Shown piece by piece: positions 10,746 through 22,374 of a stretch of 35,153 bases of DNA (position 1 is its first letter; the number at the start of each line of letters is the position of its first letter). The notes beneath the pieces were generated by a model, which ran no database searches, was not told the DNA's origin, and saw only the letters and a program-made list of their open reading frames with translations. Made by a program: the position numbers and the translations under genes. This stretch comes from Chiloscyllium plagiosum (lineage: Eukaryota), in NCBI RefSeq assembly GCF_004010195.1, contig NC_057750.1, positions 12,910,834 to 12,945,986 of the forward strand. Reading direction: 5' to 3'.

Positions 10746-11588
10746 CATCTCTCTCCCTTGTTTTAAAATGCCGTTGTATTGATCTTTTCTTTTCTCCAAA
10801 GTTCCAAAACATGCAACAGCTTATAAAACGGTTATTACTGCTCCAAGAAATCAAGGAAATCAGCTCCACCAGCGAAAACAAAACCTCAAAAAGGGAGCAG
10901 GTCTTGCAGCCACAATTTTCTCCCGTCCTCCATCTTGGATTACCCAGAATCCTACACCCGTGCAGCAACAGTCCATGAAGGTGGCTCTGTACCATTTTCT
11001 CAAGAGCAAATTAGCAATGGGCTGTCTTTATGAGCATTGGTAGCATGACACCAATGAATAACAGAAAGTATTTTACGAGTGAAATCATATATTCACATAC
11101 CAGTGCATCAAAACATAAACACACATGTGTATTCATGTAAAATCATGCTTACACAGGGATAATGAAGGTACCGCGTTCGGTAGCTTTGAACTTCAATACT
11201 GGTGGAATGATAGATAAGCTTTTTATCTGACACTCATCAGGATCACTGCAAGAATGCCAAATTTCAAACAGTCACAACAATTTGTACCACCGGAGGAAAG
11301 GGTGCTGATTGTTTGGCAAATTGACACCTATTGGCTGAGCGGGTACCATGGAGAAAGCATCAAAGAAGGCTCCCCAAGCTCTCGGGTAATTCAAAATCTG
11401 TTATTTGGCTTCAACACATTCCTTTTAAGACCGCAAGAAATTGGAATTGGAGAAGGCCATTTGGCCCCTCTGGCCTGATGAGCCATTCTGTAGAATCACG
11501 GCTGATCCAACATTCCCATACCCACTGTCCATCTCTTTGCCATAATGTTTGATTCCACTACTGATCGAGCATCTATCTATCTATTTCA

Positions 11589-11904
11589 TAGAATCCTTGC
11601 AGTGTGGAAGCAGGCTATTTGGCCCATTGAGTCCACACCAACCCTCCAAAGAACATCCCACCCTATCCCTGTAACCCAGCATTCCGTACAGTTAATCTTC
11701 CTAGCCTGCACATCTCTGAACACTATGCGCAATGTGGTATGGCCAATCCACCTTAACCTGCACACCTTTGGACAGTGGGAGGAAACCGGAGCACCCGGAG
11801 GAGACCCACGCAGAGACAGGGAGAATATACGAACTCCACACAGACATTCGGCCGCGGGTGGAATCGAACCCTGGTCCCTGGCACTGCGAGCCACTGAGCC
11901 ACCC
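11589..11904 (-). mobile_element. HE1-like SINE (inside a CR1 3' fragment, ~11430-11960)
   Basis: Same head, central domain and tail as the other HE1-like copies. Confidence 0.85.
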
Positions 11905-12119
11905 TATCGATTAGCATTCCTGATTTGAACTGGCCCACCACTGACACCAGTCCATTCAACAGCTCGGACTCTCAGCTCTAGGCCTTGCTCCCTCAACCTC
12001 TCATGTCTCTTATTGAAAACCCTTCTTTCAATCCAACCCTTTCACAAAGATTATTGGTTGCCTGGGCCTGATACCTCATTAGGAGTCCAACAGCATGGAC
12101 TAGTCCATTAGGAGTCCAA

Positions 12120-13040
12120 CTAGTCCACGGTGACCAATTTTCTCAAAATAAACTAGTCCCACTTGCCAATGTTTGACGCATATCCCTCCAAACCTTTCCT
12201 ACTTATGTACATATCCAAACGTCCTTAAAATATCGTAACTGTACCTGCGTCCACCACTTCCTGTGGCAGTTCATTCCACATAGAAACCACTCTGTGTAAA
12301 AATTGCCCTTCATGCCCTTTTTAAACCTTGCTCCTCTCACCTTAAAAATATGCGCACTGGTTTTGAAGTCCCCCACCCTAGGGAAAAGACCCTTGCTATT
12401 GACCTCCTCTGTATCCCTCATGATTTTATAAACCTCTTTAAGGTCACCCTGAACCGCCTCCGCTCTAGTGAAAAAAAGTCCCAACCTATCTAGGCTATTT
12501 TTATAACTCAAAACCTCCGTTCCCAGCAACATCCTGGTAAATCCTTACCAAATCTTACAGGATGGCACGGTGGCTCAGTGGTTAGCACTGCTGCATAACA
12601 GCGCCAGGGTCCCAGGTTCGATTCTAGCCTTGGGTGACTGTCTGAATGGGTTTTCTCCCACATTCCAAAGATGTGCAGGCCAGGTGAATTGGCTATGCTA
12701 AATTGTCCATAGTTGCTCGGTGCATTAGTCAGAGAGAGAGAGAGAGGTACTCTTTGGAGGGTCGGTGTGGACTTGTTGGGCTGAAGGGCTGGTTCCCACA
12801 CTGTAGGGAATCTATTCTAAAACCCTCTCCAGTTTAATAATATCCTTTCTATAGCAGGGCAACCAGAACAGGTCACAGTACCCCAGAAGAGGACTATACA
12901 ACCTCAACTCCTGTACTCAAAAGATCTGAGAAATGAAGGCCAAGCTTACTTAACACCTTAACAACGCTGTCTACCTGTGATGCAAATTTCAAAGAAATAT
13001 CTTTCTATTCTACTACAGCACTCAGAGCTCTGCCATTGTG
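12120..13040 (-). mobile_element. HER1/CR1 LINE 3' fragment with nested HE1-like SINE
   Basis: ORF 12203-12532 reads LDRLGLF...GDLKEVYKIMR...LFPRVG; the LINE continues at 12820-13040. Confidence 0.85.
12561..12818 (+). mobile_element. HE1-like SINE
   Basis: ggcacggtggctcagtggttagcactgctg...ggttcgattc...ctgtagggaatcta. Confidence 0.88.
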
Positions 13041-13496
13041 CAAGTCTTTAACGTCGATGTATCATTTTGTAAAGGGGAATGCTCAGCCTACTCAAAAAGG
13101 CTCCACTAAGGCTGTTGCAGAATATAGTGCTAGTAACAATTTAAATAACATAGACGTTTCCTCATTGTAAAGGTACGTCTGGCATCTCCAACTGACATTC
13201 TACCTCCATGAGATGAAAAAAAACAAACAAAAATGGATTCTTTCTGATTATGATTCAAAACAGTGCAGACCATGCCTTGTTACTTGGTTATTACAATTCT
13301 CTCTGGCACTAACTAAACTTATTACCAAATCACTCTACTAAAAACTAGAATATACCTTCGAGAGTTGAACTGTTAACGTTTTGAAGTTAAGTGATAATGG
13401 TAAGAATGTACAAATTCATACCAGAATCTATCAAATTACCAAAATATCTTAAGCCTGATTATTTAATGAACAAATGCAGTTGCAAAACATTTTGGG

Positions 13497-13629
13497 ACAG
13501 ACAATCTGACCCTACTAAGGATGGGTCACTAATTTGGGTAAAAAAAATCAAATAACTTCCAAAACTGAATGTTTGCCTAACTTTTTACCCAAATTAGCAA
13601 CCCATCCTTAATAAGGTCAGATTGTATGT
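13497..13629. repeat. 48-bp inverted repeat (43/48 match) with 37-bp spacer
   Basis: acagacaatctgaccctactaaggatgggtcactaatttgggtaaaaa (13497-13544) versus the reverse complement of 13582-13629. Confidence 0.9.
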
Positions 13630-13731
13630 TAACATTAATTTTTGATGGAAAACGTTAGCTAGCAAACTTCTTGATCTTCTGTTTAACAGGAGTCTGGTGT
13701 ACAGCTTTAATTATCATAATTTGGACAAATT

Positions 13732-14135
13732 ATGGACCGTCGGAGGCTGAGGGGGGACCTTACAGCGGTTTACAAAATCATGGGGGGCATGGATAGGGTA
13801 AATAGGCAAAGTCTTTTCCCTGGGGTCAGGGAGTCCAGAACTAGAGGGCATAGGTTTAGGGTGGGAGGGGGAAGATATAAAAGGGACCTCAGGGGCCAAC
13901 TATTTCACGCAGAGGGTGGTACGTGTATGGAATGAGTTCCAGAGGATGTGGTGGAGGCTGTTACAACTCCAACATTTAAAAGGCATCTGGATGGGTATAT
14001 GAATAGGAAGGGTTTGGAGGGATATGGGCCGGGTACTGGCAGGTGGGACTGGATTGGGCTGGGATATCTGATCGGCATGGACGGGTTGGACCGAAGGGTC
14101 TGTTTCCGTGCTGTACATCTCTATGACTCTAAGAC
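13732..14135 (+). mobile_element. HER1/CR1 LINE 3' end
   Basis: RRRLRGDLTAVYKIMGGMDRVN...RTRGHRF...FKRHLDGYM plus 3' UTR ending ctctatgactcta. Confidence 0.9.
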
Positions 14136-14221
14136 TTGCATTCACAAAAAGACCAACAATATAACAGGTGAAACTTTAATCCTCCTGGGAATTAGTAGCA
14201 TTTTGTTCTTGTCCATTCTTT

Positions 14222-14479
14222 GGGGTGGCTCAGTGGTTAGCACTGCTGCCTCACAGCACATTCTCCCTGTGTCTACGTGGGTTTCCTCTGGTTGCTCCGG
14301 TTTCTTCCCACTGTCCAAAGATGTGCAGATTAGGTAAATTGGCCATGCTAAATTGCCCGTAGTGTTAGGTGCATTAGTCAGAGAGAAATGGGTCTGGGTG
14401 GGTTACTCTTCGGAGGGTCGGTGTGGACTGGGTGGGCCGAAGGGACTGTTTCCACACTCTAGGGAATCTAATCTAATCT
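14222..14479 (+). mobile_element. HE1-like SINE (internal deletion)
   Basis: ggtggctcagtggttagcactgctgcctcacagc...agggaatctaatctaatct tail. Confidence 0.88.
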
Positions 14480-15271
14480 CCCAATGTTGAGCACGTCATG
14501 TCATTTCTCTGCTTATGCTCCTGTGAAGCACCTCTTACAAGAGACACCAAATCAATGCAAGTTGTGGTTCACCCCTTGCCAAGAGCTGTCCTTCCTTGTT
14601 TCAGCTCAAGCACCGTTTTAAACAGAAGGTTAATCTGTGAAGTGGGTTTAACAGCTAACCCATTCCAGTCTCCTCCAACCGGCTGGTTATTTCAAAGTCA
14701 TCTCCACGCAGACTAGTTAACAGCTCAACAAAGGCACATCGACCAATTCTATTACGTCTAACATGAGCTAAATATTGACAGAATAACATGAGCTTAAAAC
14801 AATGCATCACAACTAATTGAATACATAATTCATTGTTCCCGTGACAAACACAGTTCAAGAGAATCATTCAGGTTTCACATAATGGCGGCAAATTCCATTG
14901 AAGTCAATGGGCGGTATGCCACGTATCAAATGACTGACTGCCCAGGTTGGCAGGGAGCAGATACGCTTGGCACTGTGACACGTTACATTTATATAGTGCC
15001 CCTCAAACTAACAAAATGTCCCAAGAAGCTTCGCAGGAGCATTAGAAAACAAATTATGACTTGAGGCCACTTTAAGAGGCAGGATTGGAGGAGCACAGAG
15101 ATCTCGGAGGGCTGTGGGGTTACTGCGCTAGGGGAGGAGACGAGACAAGACGAGAGAGAGGTTTGAAATGAAGGGTGAGACAGGGAAGCAACGTGGGTAA
15201 GTGCGCACAGAGCGATGGGACGTGGTAGGAGTAAAAACATCGTGTGATTTATGTCTGGGTTCTTTACAAAC

Positions 15272-15882
15272 GGTCTCCTCTACATTGGGGAAACTGGGCT
15301 CCTCCTAGCAGAGCACTTTAGGGAACATCTCCGAGACACCCGCACCAATCAACCACACCGCCCCGTGGCCCAACATTTCAACTCCCCCTCCCACTCTGCC
15401 GAGGACATGGAGGTCCTGGGCCTCCTTCACCGCCGCTCCCTCACCACCAGACGCCTGGAGGAAGAACACCTCATCTTCCGCCTCGGAACACTTCAACCCC
15501 AGGGCAACAATCTGAACTTCAACAGCTACCACATTTCCCCTTCCCCCACCTCATCCTAGCTTCTAACCTCCAGAAACTCGATCCCCTGACCTGTCCGGAC
15601 TTGTCCGACCTGCCCAGCTCCTTTTCCACCTATCCACTCCACCCTCTCCTCCCTGACCTATCACCTTCATCCCCTCCCCCACTCACCTATTGTACTCTAT
15701 GCTACTCTCTCCGCACCCCCACCCTCCCCTAGCTTATCTCTCCACGTTTCAGGCTCACTGCCTTTATTCCTGATGAAGGGCTTTTGCCCGAAGCTCCTTG
15801 GATGCTGCCTGAACTCCTGTGCTTTTCCAGCACCATTGATCCAGAATCTGGTTTCCAGCATCTGCAGTCATTGTTTTCTACC
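15272..15882 (+). mobile_element. Penelope-like element 3' part: GIY-YIG endonuclease fragment plus terminal repeat with hammerhead remnant
   Basis: LYIGET...FREHL...PVAQHFNSPSH...RRLEEEHLIFRLGTLQPQG; 11-bp TSD tctttacaaac (15261-15271 / 15883-15893); CTGATGA-a-GGGC-tttt-GCCC-GAA at 15770-15792. Confidence 0.9.
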
Positions 15883-16004
15883 TCTTTACAAACCGGTCAG
15901 GGAAAAGGCAAGATCAAGAATAGTCTTCAGGTTTATACTTCAAAGTAACATTATTTCATACGGGAAAGTTGCTGCCCTTAGAAATCACAGTACACCAGGC
16001 CTGA

Positions 16005-16124
16005 ACTTACTGTCAGGTTAAGTAACAACTAATCCAACATTTTTGTATGTTCACATCTATGTTGTAGGCTGGTCTGGTGTAGGAGTTCTGGTGCTCTGAC
16101 TCCGCCCACACTGTGCTATTTATA
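16005..16124 (-). promoter_or_regulatory. Candidate TATA promoter and short non-coding first exon
   Basis: TATAAATAG (16124-16116), GGGCGG, then a GTAAGT donor (16010-16005), all in non-repetitive DNA. Confidence 0.25.
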
Positions 16125-16319
16125 CTCAGTTGTGTGCAGTTCCGTGACAACATCACAAAGTGGCTCCAAGCTTCTGAAGCTCTTCCACAACACGGGCACT
16201 GAACTCTCCGAACCTCAGGTTTATGGAGCGTAACATGTGGGATACCAACGAGGAGGAGGTTCAGACAGCCCCGTGTGAAGACTCTTAAAAAGCGAATGAA
16301 GATTTTAGCAGCGGAGAGA

Positions 16320-16870
16320 GTCGTAGAGACATGGAGATGTCCAGCACAGAAACAGACCCTTGCATCTAACTCGTCCATGCTGATCAGATATCTGAAATTA
16401 ATCCAGTCCCATTTGCCAGCACTTGGCCCATATCCCTCTAAACCCTTCCTGTTCAGATACCCATCCAGATGCCTTTTAAATGCTGTAATTGTATCAGCCT
16501 CCACCACTTCCTCTGGCAGCTCATTCCATACACGCGCCACCATCTGAGTGAAAAGGTCCCTCTTAAATCTTTTCCCTCTCACCTTAAACCAATGTCCTCT
16601 TTTTTTAACTCCTTTACTCTGGGGAAAAGACCTTGCCTATTTACCCTATCCATGCCCCTCATGATTTTATAAACCTCTACAAGGTCACCCCTCGGCCTCC
16701 GACACTCCAGGGAAAATAGCCCCAGCCTGTTGAGCCTCTCCCTGTAGCTCAAACCTCCAACCCATAACATCCTTGGAAATCTTTTCTGAACCCTTTCAGG
16801 TTTCACAACATCCTTCCGACAGGAGGGAGAGCAGAATTCCAAAAGTGTCCTCACCAATGCTCTGTGCAGC
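16320..16870 (-). mobile_element. HER1/CR1 LINE 3' fragment
   Basis: ERVQKRF...LSYRERLNRLGLFSLE.RR.RGDL.EVYKIMRG; WNELPEEVVEA.TI..FKRHLD. Confidence 0.92.
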
Positions 16871-16883
16871 CACGAAGAGAATG

Positions 16884-17222
16884 GGTGGCACGGTGGCTCA
16901 ATGGTTAGCACTGCTGCCTCATAGCTCCAGGGTCCCAGGTTCAATTCCAGCCTCGGGTGACTGTCTGTGTGGAGTTTGCACGTTCTCCCTGTGTCTGCAT
17001 CGGTTTCCTCCGGGTGCTCCAGTTTCCTCCCACAGTCCAAAGATGTGCAGGTTAGTGTGGGTTGACCATGCTAAATTGTCCAGAGTGTTCAGGGATGTCT
17101 AAGTTGGGTGCATTAGTCAGGGTTAAATGTAGAGTAATGGGGAATGGATTTATGTGGAATACTCTGCAAAGGGTCAGTATGAACTTGTTGGGCCGAAGGG
17201 CCTGTTTCCACACTGTAGGAAT
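16884..17222 (+). mobile_element. HE1-like SINE
   Basis: Full head, central domain and tail. Confidence 0.9.
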
Positions 17223-17569
17223 TTTAAGACTCACATGTAGGCCAGATCAGGTAAGGATGGCAGTCTCTTCCCCTAAAGGACATTAGAGAACCAGATGGGA
17301 TTTTTTTTTAAACAACAGTCTGTGATTGCAATGGGGTAAGATTGCGAACAGAAGCTCGTCACATGAAGGCTATGAAAGAACTTTGTAACTCTGAGACTGC
17401 AGAATCACATTTCCTCATTGGTTGGAGGGGGTTAAGATCAGTCAGGGTCAGTGATCATGCCTTTTAAGATTCATTGAGAGAATAGTCTATCGAGGGAACA
17501 ACTTTTTAACAAGACAGGAAATCAAATAGTCCCAGTTCTAACAAATGAAAATCTGATTGATTGGATGGG

Positions 17570-18150
17570 GGCAGCTCCAACAACACTCTAGAAGCCCGAC
17601 ACCATCCAGGACAAACCACTTGATTGGCACCACATCCACAAGCATCCCCTCCCTCCCCCACCGACGCTCAGTAGCAGCAGGGTGTACCATCTACAAGATG
17701 CACTGCAGAAATTCATAAAGCGTCCTTAGACAGTACCTTCCATCTGGAAGGACAAGTCCATCAGATATATAGGAACACCACTCCCTGCAAGTTCCTCTCT
17801 GAGCCACTCACCGTCCTGACTTGGAAGTATACTGCCGTTCCCTCACTGTGCCTGGGTCAATGTCCTGGGATTCCCTCCCTCAGGGCATTGTGGATCAACC
17901 CACAGCACGTGGACTGCAGCGGTTCAAAAAGGTAGCTCACTACCACCTTCTCGAGGGGCAACTAGGGATAGGTAAACAGGGCAGAAGTGGGTACTGCAGA
18001 TGTGGGAGATTAGAGTCAAGATTAGGGTGGTGCTGGGAAAGTACAGCAGGTCAGGCAGCATCCGAAGTGCAGGAAAGTCGACATTTCGGGCGAAAGCCCT
18101 TCGTAGGTAAACAGGGGCCCAGTCAACAATACTCACATCCTCTGAATGAG
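17570..18150 (+). mobile_element. LINE 3' end (L2/CR1-group-like) whose tail is shared with the second SINE family
   Basis: DTIQDK...HRRSVAAGCTIYKMHC..., gllqrfkk-type end and gggcaactagggat tail. Confidence 0.65.
17982..18103 (-). mobile_element. Penelope-derived terminal mini-element with partial hammerhead
   Basis: 13-bp TSD taggtaaacaggg (17969-17981 / 18104-18116); minus strand GAA-GGGC-tttc-GCCC-GAAATGTC. Confidence 0.85.
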
Positions 18151-18579
18151 TAAAGAAAAGGTAGATCTATTTCAAAAAATGCCAGTTTGGGACCCAGCAA
18201 TATGAGACAATTGTGGTAAATGGGAGGAGCAGGCAACTTTGGGGCACGGTTGAAATGTTCTCTATCAATAGGTTTGACCTCAACTTTGTGTCTGTATAGA
18301 CCAATCAATGACATTTTGATTTCAGCAAGTATCACGACCATTTTAGATATTTTCTAATCAAACTGTCAATGTTATGACATGTTTCTGGAGCTAATTGGAC
18401 TTGAATCCAGGTCTCCTGACTCAGAGGTAGGTACACTACACTACATCAGAAGAGACCCCCTCCCTTCAAGATCATCATAGACCCGACCGCCCAACATTCA
18501 CCCCTTTGCTCCCCAATTTCCTCCTTTTAAAGTTTGTGTCCAATTCCTTTTTCTATTGAATCTGTTTCAGCGTGTTCAA

Positions 18580-18751
18580 CCTGGATGGGCAGGAGGCCCG
18601 AAGGACGCAGCAAAGCCAGGCAGCGTCAGGAGGCGCAGAGATCGACATTTCGGGTGTAACCCTTCCCTCAGGACTTCAGCCGAAACGTTGACGTCTCCAC
18701 CTCCTGATGAAACTAGGCCTGCTGCGTTCTTCCAGCTTCCTGCCTGTCCAC
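18580..18751. mobile_element. Fold-back element made of two inverted Penelope-type termini
   Basis: Arms ~18582-18656 and ~18677-18750 are imperfect reverse complements; 13-bp TSD tcagcgtg(t/c)tcaa (18567-18579 / 18752-18764). Confidence 0.8.
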
Positions 18752-19428
18752 TCAGCGTGCTCAATCAGCAGTTTAAAAGTAATTATCTTCATCATTACAG
18801 TGACAAAGATATTCAAAAGATCAGAGTAGCTTTATTACTAATCCTAAATCAATGAGTGGATGAACCAATTTTAGCAAGAAATTAAACAATTTAATTCCAC
18901 TCCATCTTTTTAACCCTTTCTGCACCTTTACCTCATCATCCACCCTTTTTTATTCCATTTTTGACTTCGTTCAAGGGATATTGGCATTGCTGGTAAGGCC
19001 AACATTTATTTCCCGTCCTTAATTGCCCCTTTCGGCCTAATATCAAAGGATCCCAACAGTAATGATGGTTACAAATGAGTGAGACAGTGTTGAGAAAAAA
19101 TGTAAAAAGTGGGAGGGGGGAAGATGGGAAAGAGAGCGTGGCTGTCAGAGATAGCGGTGAGGGTAGGTTAATGAGGTGAGAACGTCTAAGAGAGAATTCC
19201 AAAATCCACGCAGCCAGACAGTTGGTTAGGATAGAGTTATATGAAGTCCTAAGCTTGCTACTTTCTCTATGATCTTTCACCTTCATTATCCACCTGGATT
19301 CGCGACCAGTTACATCTTGGACATGATGCCATGGAGGAATCTCTCCTGTCGAGATCAAAGATGGTCTTCTTCAAGTGAGATTTCAGATTATCCTTGAACA
19401 GGTTCTCCTGACTGCACTGAGATCTTTA

Positions 19429-19960
19429 GACGAAAGTGAGGACTACAGATGCTGGAGATCAGAGTCTAGATTAGAGTGGTGCTGGAAAAGCACAGCAGGC
19501 CAGGCATCATCCGAGGAGCAGGAAAAGCGATGTTTTTGGGCAAAAGCCCTTCATCGGGAATGAGGCCAGGAGCCTTGGGGGTGGAGAGATAAATGGGAGG
19601 TGGGTGGGGCTGGAGGGAAGGTAGCTCAGAGCGCAATAGGTGGATGGAGGTGGGGGCAAAGGTGATAGGTCGGAGAGGAGGGTGGAGCGGATAAGTGGGA
19701 AGGAAGATGNNNNNNNNNNNNNNNNNNNNNNNNNNNNNNNNNNNNNNGGGGGGGAGGGGAAATGAGGAAACTGGTGAAGTCCACATTGATGCCCTGGGGT
19801 TGGAGAGTCCCGAGGCGGAAGATGAGGCGTTTTTCCTCCAGGCATCGGATGGTGAGGGAGTGACAATGGAGGAGGCCCAGGACCCGCATGTATTCAGCAG
19901 AGTGGGAGGGGGAGTTGAAGTGTTTGGCCATAGGGCGGTGGGGTTGATTGGTGCAAGTGT
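19429..19960 (-). mobile_element. Penelope-like element 3' part (GIY-YIG fragment plus terminus)
   Basis: ORF 19626-19931 AKHFNSPSHSAE...LIFRLGTLQPQGINVDF matches the 15272 copy; degenerate hammerhead at ~19526-19560; possible TSD gatcttta. Confidence 0.88.
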
Positions 19961-20195
19961 ACAGTGATCTTTAACTAATTGTGACCTGGGAGTGGAGAGT
20001 ATCCCTTCATGGGGCCGTGGAACTGTCTTTCGCAGTTACTGTGTGGGAACGTTTGCCCCCATTCTCAGGACCCTCGCTGCCCTCAACGACATTCAATGGA
20101 ATCTCCACATCTCAGGTGAGGGAAGAAGTTGAGAAGGAGAGGCCATCATGGCGATCCTCAGCTAATGCAGGAATTGAACCCACACTCTGCATCAC

Positions 20196-20437
20196 CAGTC
20201 GAAACATGTGGCGCTGGAGAGCAGGCAGTATCCAAGGAGCAGGACAGTTGACGCTTCGAGCATGAGCTCTTCATCAGGGAGGGATTTGACTGAGACAAGG
20301 TGGGGGGAGGGGAAATTGAGGAAACTGGTGAAATCCACATTGATCCCATTGGGGTTGGAGGGTCGCAAGGTGGAAGATGAGGCGTTTTCCCTCCAGGTAT
20401 TAGGTGGCTAGAGTTTGGTGGTGGAGGAGGCCCAGGG
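20196..20437 (-). mobile_element. Internally deleted Penelope-like 3' fragment inside a tRNA-derived SINE head
   Basis: GIY-YIG C-terminal homology at ~20300-20435; CTGATGA-a-GAGC-tcat-GCTC-GAAG-C-GTC at 20277-20250; TSD-like ctgca(t/a)cac (20187-20195 / 20438-20446). Confidence 0.8.
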
Positions 20438-21451
20438 CTGCAACACAAATCAGCCATGCAGCCAACTGTGCTCCCAATTCCATGTGTGTGTGCCTGTATG
20501 TACATATATAATATATGCGAATGCCTGTAAATCCGGGTCCATTTCTCCTAGTAGCAAAAATTAATATGAAATTGGCAAGAAACAAGAGAGGTATAGGATT
20601 ATTTAGACTTGACGAGCCGAAGTTTAGAAAAGAGCTGGAAAGTCACAGGATTGAGGACGTGGAATAAACAGGGGTGCCAGAACCAGACACAGGAAACAAA
20701 GGAGGGAAGAGAAAAAGGTACAGAAGACAGCATCATGGATAACCCTTCCATCCAATGTTGAACTTCCCTCAATGTCTTCTGTGGGTCCCCATGTGACTGA
20801 ACCACCCAACCAACAACCTGCAGATGGGTGTCCCATGGGATAGTGGGATGCGGACAGCAGGATCGACTTCCCTTTTCCTTCCTTCCCTGTCCCCACGTCA
20901 TTAAAGCATGCCACAGCTGGATGGACAAGTTGCAGCCATTTTGGAATGATTTGTAACATTAGAATTCCCGGTCATTAGAATTAAATAGAATAGAAATTTA
21001 TCGTCACGTGTACTTCTCCATGAAACATTTACAGTGAAACATTTTATAAGTCATCCCATCTTGGTGCTTACAGCAATGACAGACATCATAGATAATAATT
21101 ATAGTTTAAACATGCATTAATTTTAAAAATTTAATCTAAAACATAGTTTTGAAAAATGTCAGTGGAGCACATTTCTTCCAGAGTGAGAATAAATTACAAA
21201 GGAAATATCAAAAGAAAGGAATGTCTAATAGGCAAGGTGATAGAGGAAAGAAAAGGAAAACAATTGGGTATGATGGAATTGAAAAGGAGTTTGGGAATGC
21301 ATTTGGGCAGTTAAAGAGAGACGGTCAAATGAGACACAGGAAAGAGGCATTTATTTTACTTTATTCATTCACAGGACAAGGGCATCTCTGGCAAGGCAAC
21401 ATTTATTACCCATTCCTCATTGCCCAGAAGACAGTTAAGAGTTAGCAGTTA

Positions 21452-21787
21452 AGGGTGACATGGTGACTCAGTGGTTAGCACTGCTGCCTCACAGCGCCAG
21501 GGACCCAGGTTCGATTCCAGCCTCAGGTGACTGTCTGTGTGGAGTTTGCGCATTCTCCCCGTGTCTGCGTGGATGCTCCGGTTTTCACCCATTGTCCAAA
21601 GATATGCAGATTAGGTGAATTGGCCATGCTAAATTGCCCATAGTGTTCAGGGATGTTCAGGCATTAATCAGGGGTAAATGTAGAGTAATAAGTTTGGGAA
21701 ATGGGTCTCGGTGGAGTTACTCTTCGGAGGGTCAGTGTGGACTTGATGGGCCAAAGGGCCTGTTTCCATACTGTAGGGATTCTATTC
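21452..21787 (+). mobile_element. HE1-like SINE nested in an antisense second-family SINE (~21355-22027)
   Basis: Canonical head and tail; the flanks are the tail (left) and head (right) of the second SINE family on the minus strand. Confidence 0.88.
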
Positions 21788-22374
21788 AGCCATGCCTCTG
21801 GAGTCATATGTAGGCCACACCAGGTAAGGATGGCAGTTTCCTTCCCTAAAGGGCATTAGTGAAACAGATGGATTTTTCCCGACAATGGATTCATGGTCAT
21901 TGTTAGACTCTAAATTCCAGATATTTATTGAATTCAAGTGCCATCATCTGCTGTGGTGGAATTCGATCCTGGGTCCCCTGGACGTTATAACAGTCCAGCG
22001 ATAATAACACTAGACCATCAACTCCCGACTGACATGAGAGGACATACTGGAAGGTGAACTGTTTGATAGGAAGAGAAAGATAACAGCAGACATGAGGCAC
22101 ACAGGGGACAAGACTGTTCATGGGAAAGAAGCTTCACCACAAAATGGTGGACAGAATAACTAAGTGTGTTGTATGGTGATCCAAATCAAGGGTGTCCTCA
22201 AGAAATACAGAGGGTGAAATCAGAGGTGGACAATGCTTTGAAATTGTTGAGTACAGCAAAAAGCCCCAGGCATTGATGAAGAAATGACAAATCATTCAGG
22301 ATCAGAGATGGTCAAATATACACCAAAGGATACATTTCAGGTGCCTTGAGATGTTACTGGACAATCCTAAAGTA

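Noticed and set aside
16013..17040. Host protein-coding genes from ORFs of 150-190 aa
   Set aside because: The translations are CR1 ORF2 C-terminal motifs fused to antisense SINE or flanking sequence.
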